The notes beneath the pieces were generated by a model. It was not told the DNA's origin and did not search any database. It saw only the letters and a program-made list of their open reading frames with translations. From Candidatus Binatia bacterium (lineage in GTDB: Bacteria; Desulfobacterota; Binatia; Bin18): a DNA stretch of 64,000 nucleotides. The position numbers and the translations under genes are program-made. The stretch is from positions 544,001 to 608,000 of the forward strand of contig OY761159.2 in assembly GCA_963664395.2 (NCBI GenBank), read 5' to 3'. Shown piece by piece: positions 48,205-58,618 of this stretch (position 1 is the first letter of the stretch; each line of letters begins with the position of its first letter).

Positions 48205-49389
48205 TCAGGCCGCTTCCAGCCAGCGCTGCGACATCGGGCTGAATTCTTCGCGTAGGGCGGGCATCACGTCGGCGGCAAACAGGTCCATGTTTTTGATGAC
48301 CCGATGGTGCGGCATATCGCCCGTGTGCAGGAGGGGGAGCAGCAGTCCGAAGCCGAGCTCTTTGACCAAATGGGAAAGGCGCTCGCGCACGGTCTTGGCG
48401 CTGCCCACGACGCAGTAGCCGCGCTCGTTGAGTTCCTTGAAATCCATGCTTTCCCAATCAAAGTCGGCCGCGCGGGCCAGGATGCGTTTCATGGACGCCG
48501 CGGACGTATAGCCCGGCGGGAAGAACATTTCCCATTTATGGCGCAGGCCGTAGTGGTAGAGCCACAAGATGTGGGCTGCGGCTTCTTCTTCCGCTCGACT
48601 GTCCGTCTCGGCCACGTAGACCGGTAGCAAGTGGCCCATTTGGTAGGGCGAAGCTTCGTAGCCGTACCCGTCCGCGGCTTCGCGGTAGGCGTCGAAGAAC
48701 CACTTCACGAGGTCATCCGGCATGAAGACCGCAAGGTAGGGGTATTTGCGGTCTGGGTGCGCACACCATTCCACGGTTTCTTTGCTCCCAAATCCAGGAA
48801 TCCAGATCGGGGGATGCGGTTTCTGGAAGGGGCGCGGCCAGACATTCACGTAGCGGACTTGATAATGCTCGCCATCAAAGGAAAACGGCCCGGTCTCGGT
48901 CCAGGAGCGGACGATCAGATCGTGCGCTTCACGAAAGCGCGCCAGCGAATGCGTGGGGTTTACACCCATGGAAAAGTATTCATCCCCGATGCCACGCACA
49001 AAGCCGGAGATAATCCGCCCGCCGGTCACCACATCGAGCATGGCGACTTCTTCGGCGACGCGGAGGGGGTGATCCCGCAGCGGCAGGCCGTTGCCGATCA
49101 TGGCGATCTTCAGACGCGTGGTCCGGCGGGCCAGCATGGCAGCCATAACGTTCGGCGACGGCATGGTGCCGTAGGCGTTCTGATGGTGCTCGTTGACACA
49201 CACGCCCTCGAACCCCAGCTTTTCGGCATACTCAAGCTGATCCAGATATTGATTGTAGAGCGTATGCCCCTTTTCGGGATCGTAGTATTTATTCGAGAGC
49301 GTCACCCAGGCCGAGGGATGTTTGGTTTTGTCGTCAAAGTCGGCGGGCAGGTCGGGCCACGGCATGAGGTGAAAATTGTAAAACTGCAT
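48205..49389 (-). CDS. LLM class flavin-dependent oxidoreductase
   Basis: NEHHQNAYG.MPSPN, GFVRG, WPRP.QKPHPPIW.PG. Confidence 0.92.
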   Translation of the reverse strand: MQFYNFHLMPWPDLPADFDDKTKHPSAWVTLSNKYYDPEKGHTLYNQYLDQLEYAEKLGFEGVCVNEHHQNAYGTMPSPNVMAAMLARRTTRLKIAMIGNGLPLRDHPLRVAEEVAMLDVVTGGRIISGFVRGIGDEYFSMGVNPTHSLARFREAHDLIVRSWTETGPFSFDGEHYQVRYVNVWPRPFQKPHPPIWIPGFGSKETVEWCAHPDRKYPYLAVFMPDDLVKWFFDAYREAADGYGYEASPYQMGHLLPVYVAETDSRAEEEAAAHILWLYHYGLRHKWEMFFPPGYTSAASMKRILARAADFDWESMDFKELNERGYCVVGSAKTVRERLSHLVKELGFGLLLPLLHTGDMPHHRVIKNMDLFAADVMPALREEFSPMSQRWLEAA

Positions 49390-49415
49390 ACGCTACTCCT
49401 TTGCGGCGGAGACGG

Positions 49416-49898
49416 CTAGTCCTGAATCATGCGCTTTTCTGCCCAGCCCTTTTCAAAGGGCGTCCAGAACTCAAACTTGACGCGCAGGGTCTGGATTTTC
49501 CACTCGCCATTAATCCGTGCATAGTCGTCGCTGTATTTGGCCGCACCCCACACGGCTTTATCCCCGTCCTTCTCGGTCATGGTGCAGGGCTGAAACAGAT
49601 ACCACTGACCCGTGGCCGTGTCGCCGTCGACCTCAATGATGGGATTCATGACGTTATGCACGGCAAACGGAATGACTTTGGTTGCCCCGGTGAAGAATTT
49701 CCGAATCGCGGCCCGACCGTCGTATTTGCCAAACACGTCAGCCCCGCCGTCCCACACGCCGTCTTCGGCAAACAGTTCGGCAATCCCATCCGGGTTATAG
49801 CCGTTGTCACAATGGGCGCAGTATTCGGCCTTGACTTTTTTAATGGCTTCGATGTCTTCCAAAACCTGGAGCCGCCTCACTAAATCGTCAACACTCAT
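49416..49898 (-). CDS. SnoaL-like/NTF2 family protein (LinA/BaiE-like)
   Basis: LEDIEAIKKVKAEYC..CD, H.V.NP.IEVDGDTA.G.W, YSDDY. Confidence 0.88.
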   Translation of the reverse strand: MSVDDLVRRLQVLEDIEAIKKVKAEYCAHCDNGYNPDGIAELFAEDGVWDGGADVFGKYDGRAAIRKFFTGATKVIPFAVHNVMNPIIEVDGDTATGQWYLFQPCTMTEKDGDKAVWGAAKYSDDYARINGEWKIQTLRVKFEFWTPFEKGWAEKRMIQD

Positions 49899-49946
49899 GC
49901 TGCCCTCCTTATGAAACTCGTCGGTTACGGCGCTATTATTGAATCT

Positions 49947-50513
49947 CTATTCTTGGCCTGCGTTAAACGCGAGGCCGGTCTTCTTAATCTCCGCTAACAC
50001 TCCTGGGCCGGTTTGATCTATCTGCTCGGCCACGCTGGGTGGAAAAGCGATGTCCTGCATATCATGCACGCCGCCGGTAATGAACACTTGGAGGAAGCCT
50101 TCATCAGCGCCTATATTCGTGAAGCTGCGACACACGCCTGGCGGCACTGAGATCGTGTCAAATTGATTCAGGACAATTGCGTGTTTTCCGTCATCGCCCC
50201 ACTGGATTTTGAACGTCCCTTTGAGGCAGGTAAAAATCTCGTGCGTCTTGTGATGGGCGTGCAGTCCCGGTCCTTGGTTGGGTGGGCACACGGCAAGAGT
50301 CATGGAATAGCCATCGGCTTCAGCAATTGGGGCCGGCCCAAACGGTCCTTCTCCGCCCTTAGAGGAGATAATGGGCAATAGCTTACGGGCGTAGATGTGG
50401 TCCCGAGCTTCCAACGGAATTTTGTCGTTCTGCATGGCTGGAATGGGCTTCAAGTCTTGGAAGCGGGCAATACGGGCTTCCATGTCTTCAGGGCTCACCG
50501 AGATCGTTTTCAT
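49947..50513 (-). CDS. cupin domain protein
   Basis: GPGLHAH..THEIF, D.ISVPPGV.R.F.N. Confidence 0.88.
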   Translation of the reverse strand: MKTISVSPEDMEARIARFQDLKPIPAMQNDKIPLEARDHIYARKLLPIISSKGGEGPFGPAPIAEADGYSMTLAVCPPNQGPGLHAHHKTHEIFTCLKGTFKIQWGDDGKHAIVLNQFDTISVPPGVCRSFTNIGADEGFLQVFITGGVHDMQDIAFPPSVAEQIDQTGPGVLAEIKKTGLAFNAGQE

Positions 50514-50719
50514 ACTGGCCTCCTTACTGGCATCCTTGGTCTCTACGCTTCAAATTGAGGAACCGTATGGACAAGTACCCGTCGTCAGCATAGCCAAGCT
50601 TGTATCTTTTGCAAAGACATTTTTTTGTCCGAGCGGTAATCGGGAGGGATAGCCTGCCTTGCAGAGAACCGTTAGGCTGGCCGGTGAGCAAAGAAGAGAG
50701 AGAACGTAAGGGAGAACGA

Positions 50720-52057
50720 ATGCCGTTTATTGTTCTATTCGTAGGATTACTGGTCTGGGCCGGGCCGAGTTGGGCACAAGATGAACGAAACGCTATGACC
50801 CGAGAAACCGTACTGCAATGGACGCAGCAGTATACAGACGCCCGACCGGACTTTCAGCACGGCGAGACGCTGGGGCTGAGCGATATGGAAAAGCTCCGGC
50901 CCTTTCTGCCACCCGGTTATTTTGAAGAGTTCCAGTTTCCGGAAGTGACCTTCGACATCAGCCCCCCAGGCGATTACCCCCCGCGCACAGACTATCTCGC
51001 AGCGACAGAAAAATTCGCCGGCCAAACTCAGCTCGCCGAGGACGGCAGTCTGAGAAACTATACTGCCGGCCAACCGTTTCCCGCGGACCAGCTAGACCCG
51101 GCGGACTCGACTGCGGGACTTAAGGTCGGCTGGAACTTTAATTTCCGCTGGCAGCATTATGGTATCAAAGTCGGCAATTTCGCCACGATCATGATCAAAC
51201 CGGGGGGGACGCACGGGGCATTGTCAGGCTTACCCGAGGATATGATTCAACCGGGAGGCACAGTTGAGCGAGTGCTCCAGCAACGCTATCAGCGCGTGTA
51301 TTACAGCCACTTGTCCATGCTGCCCGAGCAGAATTATACCCTGCCCATTGACGACGCCGCGGAATTTGAGTGGAAAGATGTCACCGACTTCACCGACCCG
51401 TATGAAATGCGCGGCCTGCGCATGCTCATCCAGCGTTCCAGCGATCCGCACCGGGCCGATCAGGCGTGGACCTATGTCCCATCCCTGCGCAAAGTCCGGC
51501 GTGTTTCTGCTGAAGAGAAAGCAGATTCTTTCCAGGGGTCAGATACGACCCTGGATGATTTCTTCGGCTTCTCCGGGCGGGTGCTGGACTATGACTGGAC
51601 CTTCCACGGCTGGAAAGACGTGCTGCACATCATGAATTCGCCCCATGCCTATGCGCGCTATTATGGTCCCGCGGGCCGGGCGCCGCTCGGGCCGTGGGAG
51701 CTGCGCAAGGCCATACTGGTCGAGCTCAAGCCCAAGCGGACGAATCATCCCTATAGTAGCAAGTTCCTGTTTATTGACGCCCAGACCTATCGCGTGGTTT
51801 CCGGCATGGCGTTCAACCAGGAAGGCACCCTGTGGAAGGTGTGGGGCGTGCAGAATTCCTGGTCCGAAGACGCGCAGCATCTGCCGGAAATGAATACGGG
51901 CGCGCATGTCAGTCGTTACCTGGGCGTCACGGTTGTTGATGTCAAAACCGGCCAGGCGTCGTTATTTCCGACGCTGGATATGGGCTACCCGGAGGTGGAT
52001 GTGGAAGAGGTGCTGAGCCTGTATGATGTCAATAAGTTGACCGAGGGGCGGCGCTAG
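50720..52057 (+). CDS. DUF1329-family secreted protein
   Basis: Signal peptide; NY.AG.PFP, W.YVPSLRKVRR, HPYSSK. Confidence 0.8.
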   Translation: MPFIVLFVGLLVWAGPSWAQDERNAMTRETVLQWTQQYTDARPDFQHGETLGLSDMEKLRPFLPPGYFEEFQFPEVTFDISPPGDYPPRTDYLAATEKFAGQTQLAEDGSLRNYTAGQPFPADQLDPADSTAGLKVGWNFNFRWQHYGIKVGNFATIMIKPGGTHGALSGLPEDMIQPGGTVERVLQQRYQRVYYSHLSMLPEQNYTLPIDDAAEFEWKDVTDFTDPYEMRGLRMLIQRSSDPHRADQAWTYVPSLRKVRRVSAEEKADSFQGSDTTLDDFFGFSGRVLDYDWTFHGWKDVLHIMNSPHAYARYYGPAGRAPLGPWELRKAILVELKPKRTNHPYSSKFLFIDAQTYRVVSGMAFNQEGTLWKVWGVQNSWSEDAQHLPEMNTGAHVSRYLGVTVVDVKTGQASLFPTLDMGYPEVDVEEVLSLYDVNKLTEGRR

Positions 52058-52077
52058 AAGGGACACCAGGAGGAGCC

Positions 52078-53403
52078 ATGCGGTCGGGTCTGACACTCTC
52101 ACTCTTTGTTTTCAGCGTACTCCTTGCGCCCGCGGTATGGGCCGACTCGCCTGCGGCGGCAAAAACCTGGCGGATAGTCGGAGAGCTGACCGAGGCGGAG
52201 CGCCAACTGTTCGACCCTCGGACCGACACGCCCCGCGACCCGGAGCAGCCATATATACCCGCCGAGCGCTATCCGTTTCAGCCGCCCTATACCGCAGAGG
52301 AGATGGGCTATCGGGCCATGGAGTTCAGCCACTCGCCACGCTGGTCGTGCAATTTTGTCGATGTTAGTGGGGCGCTGACCGCACACGGGTATCTCATCAC
52401 GGATAAAATGCACAGCCCGATATTCTATGTTCCAAATGCAAAGGGCATGCAGGGCTTAGAAGGCGAGCTATACGGAACGAAGCCAGGTGAGCCGACACGA
52501 AAAATAACCGGACAAACCTTTTTCCCACCAGAAAACCTCGGCAACCAGATGTTTATGACCCAGTACCGGGCCGGACAAGAGGCGCTCACCCGGTGGGATC
52601 TCTTTGTGTATTCACCTACCCTGCGCCGGGTCCGTCGTCAGCCTCAGCCACGCAGGGGTGATAAATTGGCGCAGGGAGCTGAGAGTTTTGACGATATCTT
52701 TGGCCGTGATCCCTGGGAGTTTTCTTGGAAGCTGATTGGCGTAGACACGCTGTCACAAACCGTTCGCTTCCCTAATACCCGGCCAACCGTGACCCTCGGC
52801 AGGTCCGATGGTACGCTCCACGACGTCCCAACGGATCAGATTAAGATGATGGGGGATGACTACCCTTTTTATACCAGAGAGGGCGGCATTGATTGTTGGG
52901 TACTTGAAACCATAGTAAAAGAAGAGTGGCTCCCCCACTATTATGCCCCGAAGATTATTTATTGGTTAGATAAACACTACTTTTATCCCTTGCGGATCGA
53001 ACAGTACGGACGAGACGGGAATCTTATTTTTGTGGAAACCCGTATTGCCACATACCACAATCCAAATATGAAGGATCAAGGGTACGGGTTGCTATTCAAT
53101 CATTACTGGGATGTGACACTGGACTATATGCGCTATAGCGTCCACGACACACACCATCTCAAAGAATGGTCAGCCGAGGATCAAGCAGTCTTTTTCAGTC
53201 CTGGAGTGCTGCCTCGCGTGTGGTATTTTGCTCAGCTCAAAAGTCAGTCAGAAGTGCCCGTCCCGGAGCAGTATTTTCTACGTCCGACCTTAGATCGGGA
53301 AAAGTTTCCTGGGCATCGAAAGATAGAACTCTCGGCTAACATTGAAGAGAAAATCCGAGCCCAGGAGGAGGCCGGGCATTTGGTGTTTATAGAGGAGGAT
53401 TGA
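52078..53403 (+). CDS. DUF1329-like secreted protein
   Basis: Signal peptide; YSPTLRRVRR, DD..GR, EQY.RDG.L. Confidence 0.72.
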   Translation: MRSGLTLSLFVFSVLLAPAVWADSPAAAKTWRIVGELTEAERQLFDPRTDTPRDPEQPYIPAERYPFQPPYTAEEMGYRAMEFSHSPRWSCNFVDVSGALTAHGYLITDKMHSPIFYVPNAKGMQGLEGELYGTKPGEPTRKITGQTFFPPENLGNQMFMTQYRAGQEALTRWDLFVYSPTLRRVRRQPQPRRGDKLAQGAESFDDIFGRDPWEFSWKLIGVDTLSQTVRFPNTRPTVTLGRSDGTLHDVPTDQIKMMGDDYPFYTREGGIDCWVLETIVKEEWLPHYYAPKIIYWLDKHYFYPLRIEQYGRDGNLIFVETRIATYHNPNMKDQGYGLLFNHYWDVTLDYMRYSVHDTHHLKEWSAEDQAVFFSPGVLPRVWYFAQLKSQSEVPVPEQYFLRPTLDREKFPGHRKIELSANIEEKIRAQEEAGHLVFIEED

Positions 53404-53487
53404 GACGAACGGCTCCCCCCCCCCTACCCCCTGGATACTGGGGCTCTCAGAGACCCAACAGACTCAACAGACCCCTCGCGTCTCCCT

Positions 53488-54495
53488 CTACCGCAACGCG
53501 ACCGACTTGTCCCGCAGGCGTGGCAGCGAAAACCACAGGTCGTTACACAGCTCCAGCTCCTCTTCGTCGAGCGTCATATCGACTGCCGGCAGGGATTGTT
53601 TGAGTTGTTCGGCTGAGGTCGCACCGACAATCGGCGCGGTGACTTCGGGCTGGGCGAGCACCCAGGCGATAGCCACTTGAGCAAGCGGTTTGTCGCGCGC
53701 GGCAAAGAATTCTTTGAGATGCTCGACTGCGGCGAACTGGGCTTCCTGCCAGTAGCGCTGGCGGTAAATTTCACCGGCTCTGCCACCAAGGGCAAAACGT
53801 GTTTCCGCGGCGGGTTCTGCGCCGGCTTGGTGTTTGCCGGTCAGAAACCCGCCGGCAAGCGGATTGTACGGAATCATGCCGATGTCCTGCTCGCGACACA
53901 GGGGAAAGAGTTCGTGTTCGATTTCACGGAACAGCATATTGTAGCGGGGCTGGACACAGTCGAAGCGCGCCAGGCCAAGCTTGTCGCTCTGCCACAGGGC
54001 TAAGGCCAGACGCCAGGCCTGGAAATTTGAGCAGCCGAGGTAACGTACTTTGCCTTGATGGACCAGGTCGTCCAGGGCGCGTAGGGTCTCCTCGATCGGC
54101 GTTTTCGGGTCGGGCGCATGGACCTGGTACAGATCGATATAATCTGTCTGCAAGCGTTTGAGACTCGCCTCAACCGCGGTGCAGATATGCTTGCGTGACA
54201 GGCCCCGGTCATTCGGCCTGTCACCCATCGCGCCCCAACATTTGGTGGCCAGGACAATGTCCTCGCGCCGGCCTTTTAACCATTTACCGACAATCTCCTC
54301 GGTACGTCCCGCGGTTTCGACGCCACCGCCGGCCGGATACACGTCCGCGTTATCAAAGAAATCCACGCCGTTCTCGAAGGCGGCATCCATAATGGCGAAG
54401 CTCTGCGCTTCTTCGCACTGCCGCCCGAAGGTCATTGTGCCCAGGCAGATTTCAGAAACCTTCAAGCCCGTTCGCCCCATGCGCTTTGTTTTCAT
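53488..54495 (-). CDS. aldo/keto reductase
   Basis: GLKVSEICLGTMTFG, D.ADVY, LATK, IDLYQVH, GKVRYLGCSN. Confidence 0.95.
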   Translation of the reverse strand: MKTKRMGRTGLKVSEICLGTMTFGRQCEEAQSFAIMDAAFENGVDFFDNADVYPAGGGVETAGRTEEIVGKWLKGRREDIVLATKCWGAMGDRPNDRGLSRKHICTAVEASLKRLQTDYIDLYQVHAPDPKTPIEETLRALDDLVHQGKVRYLGCSNFQAWRLALALWQSDKLGLARFDCVQPRYNMLFREIEHELFPLCREQDIGMIPYNPLAGGFLTGKHQAGAEPAAETRFALGGRAGEIYRQRYWQEAQFAAVEHLKEFFAARDKPLAQVAIAWVLAQPEVTAPIVGATSAEQLKQSLPAVDMTLDEEELELCNDLWFSLPRLRDKSVALR

Positions 54496-54619
54496 CCTTC
54501 CTCCTCTTTTTTCCGTCTTACAGTCCGGTTTCAGTCTGGGATTTTTAGCGAGACTCGTATATGATCGTATTCGTATCGAATCGCAAGAGGGAATTGGCTA
54601 ACAGCGAAAGGAGACACGC

Positions 54620-56056
54620 ATGGCGCAGCAAACAAAAACGCAGGCAAAGGTCGTTCCGTTGCGGCCCCGTAAGCAGCCGTCTTCGGTGGCACTGCCCCCA
54701 CGGCAGGCAAAGGCATTACGCAAGCAGGATGCGGCCCACCTCGTCCACGGATTTGTCCCGCTCGGCTTGCAGCAAAACAAAGGGGTGCCCATTTTTGTCA
54801 AGGGCCAAGGTATCTATCTGTGGGATACGGAGGGCAAGAAATATATCGACGGCCTCTCCTCCCTCTGGAATGTGCATATCGGACATGGGCGCAAAGAAAT
54901 CAATCGGGCCGTGGCCAAGCAGATGAAGCAGTTGGCCTTTGCGCCCACGCTGATCGGCCCGACCTCGGTCCCAACGGTCCAACTGGCGGCCAAGTTGGCC
55001 AAGATCGCGCCGAAGGGTCTGAGTCGGGTGATCCTGACCTCGGGCGGCTCGGAGTCGAACGAATCGATGATCCGTCTGGTCCGCGCCTACTGGAAAGCCA
55101 AAGGGCAGCCCACAAAGACGAAGTTCATTACCCTGGAACAGGGCTATCACGGCACCTCGAGCGGTGCCGCCTCGCTGACCGGTATTCCGCTTTTTAATGA
55201 TCAAGTCGCCCCCGGTCTGCCGGGCGTCATCCATATGCCTCGCCCGTATACCTATCGCGAAAACAACGGCGCGGAGGAGCTCGAAAAAATCGTCCAGCGC
55301 GAAGGGGCGGATACTATCGGGGCTTTTGTGGCCGAGCCGATTCAGGGCGTTGGCGGCGTGATTGTTCCGCCTGATGACTGGTGGCCCAAGATTCGGGAGA
55401 TTTGCTCGCGCCATAATATCCTCATGGTGTGTGACGAAGTCATTACCGGCTTTGGTCGCACCGGGACGATGTTTGCCTCGACCGGCTTTGGCGTTGTGCC
55501 GGATATTCTTGTTTCGGCAAAAGGCGTCACGAGCGGCTATCTGCCGCTGGGCGTGGTCCTGTTCAAAGAGGAGATCTTCCAGACCTTTTTGGATACGGGC
55601 GATGATTACGCCTTCTGGCATGGCTACACCTATACCGGCCATCCAACCGTCTGCGCCGCGGCCCTGGCCAATCTCAAAATCATCGAAAAGGAAAAACTCG
55701 TCCAAAACGCCCGCACCCAGGGACGCTATTTGCAAAAACAGTTAGCCGCCCTGCACGAGCTGCCCATCGTGGGCGATACGCGCGGCAAGGGCCTGATCGC
55801 CGCGGTTGAGCTGGTCAAAGATAAAGCCACCAAGGAAATGTTCCCGGCCGAGCTGCGCATTGCGCAACAGGTCTGGGAAAAAGCCTTGGATAACGGCTTG
55901 ATTACGCGCGTGGCGGGCGCGAACAGTATTGCGCTGTGTCCGCCTCTCATCATCACCAAAAAGCAGATTGACGAGATGGTGAGTACGCTAGGCAGGGCGA
56001 TTCGAGAAGTGGCGGAGGAGCTTGACGGCGAGTGGCGGCGAGCCAGCGGCAAATAG
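54620..56056 (+). CDS. class III aminotransferase (omega-amine/putrescine:pyruvate type)
   Basis: SGGSESNE, YHG, EPIQG.GG, DEVITGFGRTG, AKGVTSGY.PLG, HGYTY.GHP. Confidence 0.93.
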   Translation: MAQQTKTQAKVVPLRPRKQPSSVALPPRQAKALRKQDAAHLVHGFVPLGLQQNKGVPIFVKGQGIYLWDTEGKKYIDGLSSLWNVHIGHGRKEINRAVAKQMKQLAFAPTLIGPTSVPTVQLAAKLAKIAPKGLSRVILTSGGSESNESMIRLVRAYWKAKGQPTKTKFITLEQGYHGTSSGAASLTGIPLFNDQVAPGLPGVIHMPRPYTYRENNGAEELEKIVQREGADTIGAFVAEPIQGVGGVIVPPDDWWPKIREICSRHNILMVCDEVITGFGRTGTMFASTGFGVVPDILVSAKGVTSGYLPLGVVLFKEEIFQTFLDTGDDYAFWHGYTYTGHPTVCAAALANLKIIEKEKLVQNARTQGRYLQKQLAALHELPIVGDTRGKGLIAAVELVKDKATKEMFPAELRIAQQVWEKALDNGLITRVAGANSIALCPPLIITKKQIDEMVSTLGRAIREVAEELDGEWRRASGK

Positions 56057-56146
56057 CGGACAAGCCACATCAAAAAGATTGGCAGGGGCAGCACTGAGAG
56101 CTGCCCCTGCCTCCTCTCCTTGTCCTCCGTAGCCCGGAGACCGTTC

Positions 56147-57400
56147 GTGCAGCATATCCGTCCTGCGTTTCTTATCGCATGCCTGCTCACGACCCTGCCA
56201 GTATCTCTCCGGGCGGGAGAAGCCGCACCTACCCACTCTCCCCAGCCCGGCGCGATTGTCCTTGAGGGGCAGAGCCTGCCCTTCCTCTATCGACACTCCC
56301 TCTCGCAGATTCAGGTGTTCGCTTTCCACTCCGCGGCGTTGACGCCCATCCCCTTCCAGATTGACGAACGCGACCGACGTGGCCGGTGGGTCATCAAAGC
56401 CGGCCCGCGTCCCAGTCGAGACGACCAGCCCGACCGGTTTGACCCCAACGATGCGATTATTTTTCTGAGACGAGATATAGGGCAGCGCGCTCCCGCGGCA
56501 GCGTTTCCGGCAGGGGCGACGCGGTGGCATGAGGTGCATCTGGGCTCCCAAGAGGCCGCACTGGGCTTTGTCTATATTCGGGTGGGAGTGAAATTGGCTC
56601 AGCCCACTCGGCCCAGCCTCGTTCGCTACGACCCCCAACAGGATCACGTCTATGCGGAACGCTATAGCCTGGCTTTTGACACGCCTTTACCCAGCCACCT
56701 CGCTTTTGTGGAATCGCCGGGCGAGTTGGGCCAGAACCTCATCTCGGGTGTTGCCGTTGCGGCTGAGGTGAGTTTTCTGGGTGGGCTGCTGAACATCCGG
56801 CGTACCGACAAAGACCTGCACGCCCGGCTATACGGCTATACCCAGGGCCCGGTCCGGGTGATTCGCCGCGCGCGCTATTGGTTTCCCCTGCCCTTTGGCC
56901 TCCGCGCGAGGGGACGGATTGATCTCATCTTTTACCCGGACTTTGTCGAGGGCACGGCCCTGGTCAAGCTCAAGATTCCGCCTCGTTTTATTCTGGCAGA
57001 CGGCGAGTTGAGCGCCGCTTTCGATTTCCTCAATTTCAGCCAAGCTCGGTTATCACCAGCAGACGATTTGCCCATAGGAGAAGAGCAGTCTCCTCGCTGG
57101 GCGGCCTTACAGCTCCCCACAGGCCAGACGCTCTTACTGGTCACGCGTCTCGAAGGCGGACTCCAGAAACTTACGCAGCGGACGTATTTTTCCAACGCCG
57201 GACCACCGCACAGTGGGCGGCCGTCTTTCGGATTTCATTTTTCCAACATCGCGCGGCTGGCTGCGGGCACCTATCGGCTCTCAGCCTTTGGCGTACTGCT
57301 GGAGACGACCGACCCAGAGATTATTCGATCCACCGCCGCCTTTTTCCTGTCGCCCCCACCCGCAAGCGTGACACCAATAGGCGGAGTCGGGTACGAGTAG
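56147..57400 (+). CDS. hypothetical secreted protein
   Basis: Signal peptide; PIPFQIDERD and GPVRVIRR motifs; long ORF. Confidence 0.7.
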   Translation: MQHIRPAFLIACLLTTLPVSLRAGEAAPTHSPQPGAIVLEGQSLPFLYRHSLSQIQVFAFHSAALTPIPFQIDERDRRGRWVIKAGPRPSRDDQPDRFDPNDAIIFLRRDIGQRAPAAAFPAGATRWHEVHLGSQEAALGFVYIRVGVKLAQPTRPSLVRYDPQQDHVYAERYSLAFDTPLPSHLAFVESPGELGQNLISGVAVAAEVSFLGGLLNIRRTDKDLHARLYGYTQGPVRVIRRARYWFPLPFGLRARGRIDLIFYPDFVEGTALVKLKIPPRFILADGELSAAFDFLNFSQARLSPADDLPIGEEQSPRWAALQLPTGQTLLLVTRLEGGLQKLTQRTYFSNAGPPHSGRPSFGFHFSNIARLAAGTYRLSAFGVLLETTDPEIIRSTAAFFLSPPPASVTPIGGVGYE

Positions 57401-57434
57401 TCGCGCGTCTGGCGAGAAGCACATCGAATACGGT

Positions 57435-58526
57435 TTAGATCCCCTGCTCAACCAGGTTCCAGCCAACCGCGCAGAGCTGCTTGCACTTTTCCCCGCGAGT
57501 GATGGCTTCGGGCGAACTGGCATTGCCTTCGAGGCCACGCTTATAGACCCCCTGCACGATGGCAGCCAGCCGGAAAAGTGAAAAAACCAGATAGAATTTC
57601 CACTCCGGGATGTCGTGCTGGGCCGTCTTCTGACAGTACCAGGCAACATATTCCTCTTCGGACGGGATGCCATGGCTGGCGTAGTCTAGGCTGGTCAGGT
57701 CGCCGCGCATATCATCCGGGACGTAGTACGGCAGACAGTTATAGGCCAAGTCGGATAAGGGCGCGCCCAGCGTGCTCAGCTCCCAGTCCACTACGGCCAG
57801 CACCCTGGGTTCGGTATGATGAAAAATCATGTTTTCCAGCCGGAAATCCCCGTGAGCGATGGTTGTTTCGTGATGTGCGGGCAGATGTTCGGGCAGCCAT
57901 TGCATGAGGTTTTCCATGGCCGGCAGCTCGTCGGTTTTGCTGGCTTCATACTGTTTGGACCAGCGTCGCACCTGGCGCTCCATATACCCGCCGACTTTGC
58001 CATAGCCTTCCAGCCCGACGGCCCGAAAATCGACCTGATGGAGTTTGGTCATGACATCGACCATGGCCTGGTAAATCTCACGCCGCGCCGCCGGTTCTAA
58101 CTCGGGCAATTCATAGCCACGGAAGACCCGACCATCCACAAAATCCATGATATAGAAGTCCACCCCGATGACGCCGGGGTCCTGGCACAGGACATAGGGT
58201 TTTGCGACCGGCACCTCGGTCTGCCACAAGGCGGAAATGACCCGAAACTCGCGGTCAACCGCGTGGGCCGAGGGGAGGAGTTTGCCCGGCGGTTTTTTGC
58301 GCAGCACATAGCGCCTGCCCGCACCGTCGGTCAAAACAAAGGTCGGGTTGGACATACCGCCCCGGACCTGACCAACGTGTAATGGCGCGCTAAAGCCGTC
58401 AACGTGTTCCTGCATATAGCGTTCAAGAGCGGCTTCATCAAAGCGATGCTGGTCCAGCACCGGCGCGGTTTCTGTGGTGAGAGACGTGCGCGGTGTCAGC
58501 CGCATTTCGGATTCAGGTGTTGTCAT
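57435..58526 (-). CDS. APH-family phosphotransferase (ACAD10/11 N-terminal-like)
   Basis: GGMSNPT, VLRKKPPG.LLPSAHAVDRE, HGDFRLEN, DWELSTLG. Confidence 0.93.
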   Translation of the reverse strand: MTTPESEMRLTPRTSLTTETAPVLDQHRFDEAALERYMQEHVDGFSAPLHVGQVRGGMSNPTFVLTDGAGRRYVLRKKPPGKLLPSAHAVDREFRVISALWQTEVPVAKPYVLCQDPGVIGVDFYIMDFVDGRVFRGYELPELEPAARREIYQAMVDVMTKLHQVDFRAVGLEGYGKVGGYMERQVRRWSKQYEASKTDELPAMENLMQWLPEHLPAHHETTIAHGDFRLENMIFHHTEPRVLAVVDWELSTLGAPLSDLAYNCLPYYVPDDMRGDLTSLDYASHGIPSEEEYVAWYCQKTAQHDIPEWKFYLVFSLFRLAAIVQGVYKRGLEGNASSPEAITRGEKCKQLCAVGWNLVEQGI

Positions 58527-58618
58527 GGCTTCCCTCCCCGGAAACGTTCGAGCCCTGCGGTTTTCGACCTGTTTCAAACACTCCCGCAGGCAGAACGCAA
58601 GGCCGTAGCGAACCGGCG

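Noticed and set aside
53405-53480. Poly-C tract and 9-bp AGAC(C/T)CAAC repeats
   Set aside because: Short low-complexity sequence between convergent genes; no evidence of function.
54716-55735. Long antisense ORFs (also 20085-21059, 42669-43631, 60896-61771 and others)
   Set aside because: Shadows of well-supported genes on the opposite strand, expected with GC-rich codon usage.
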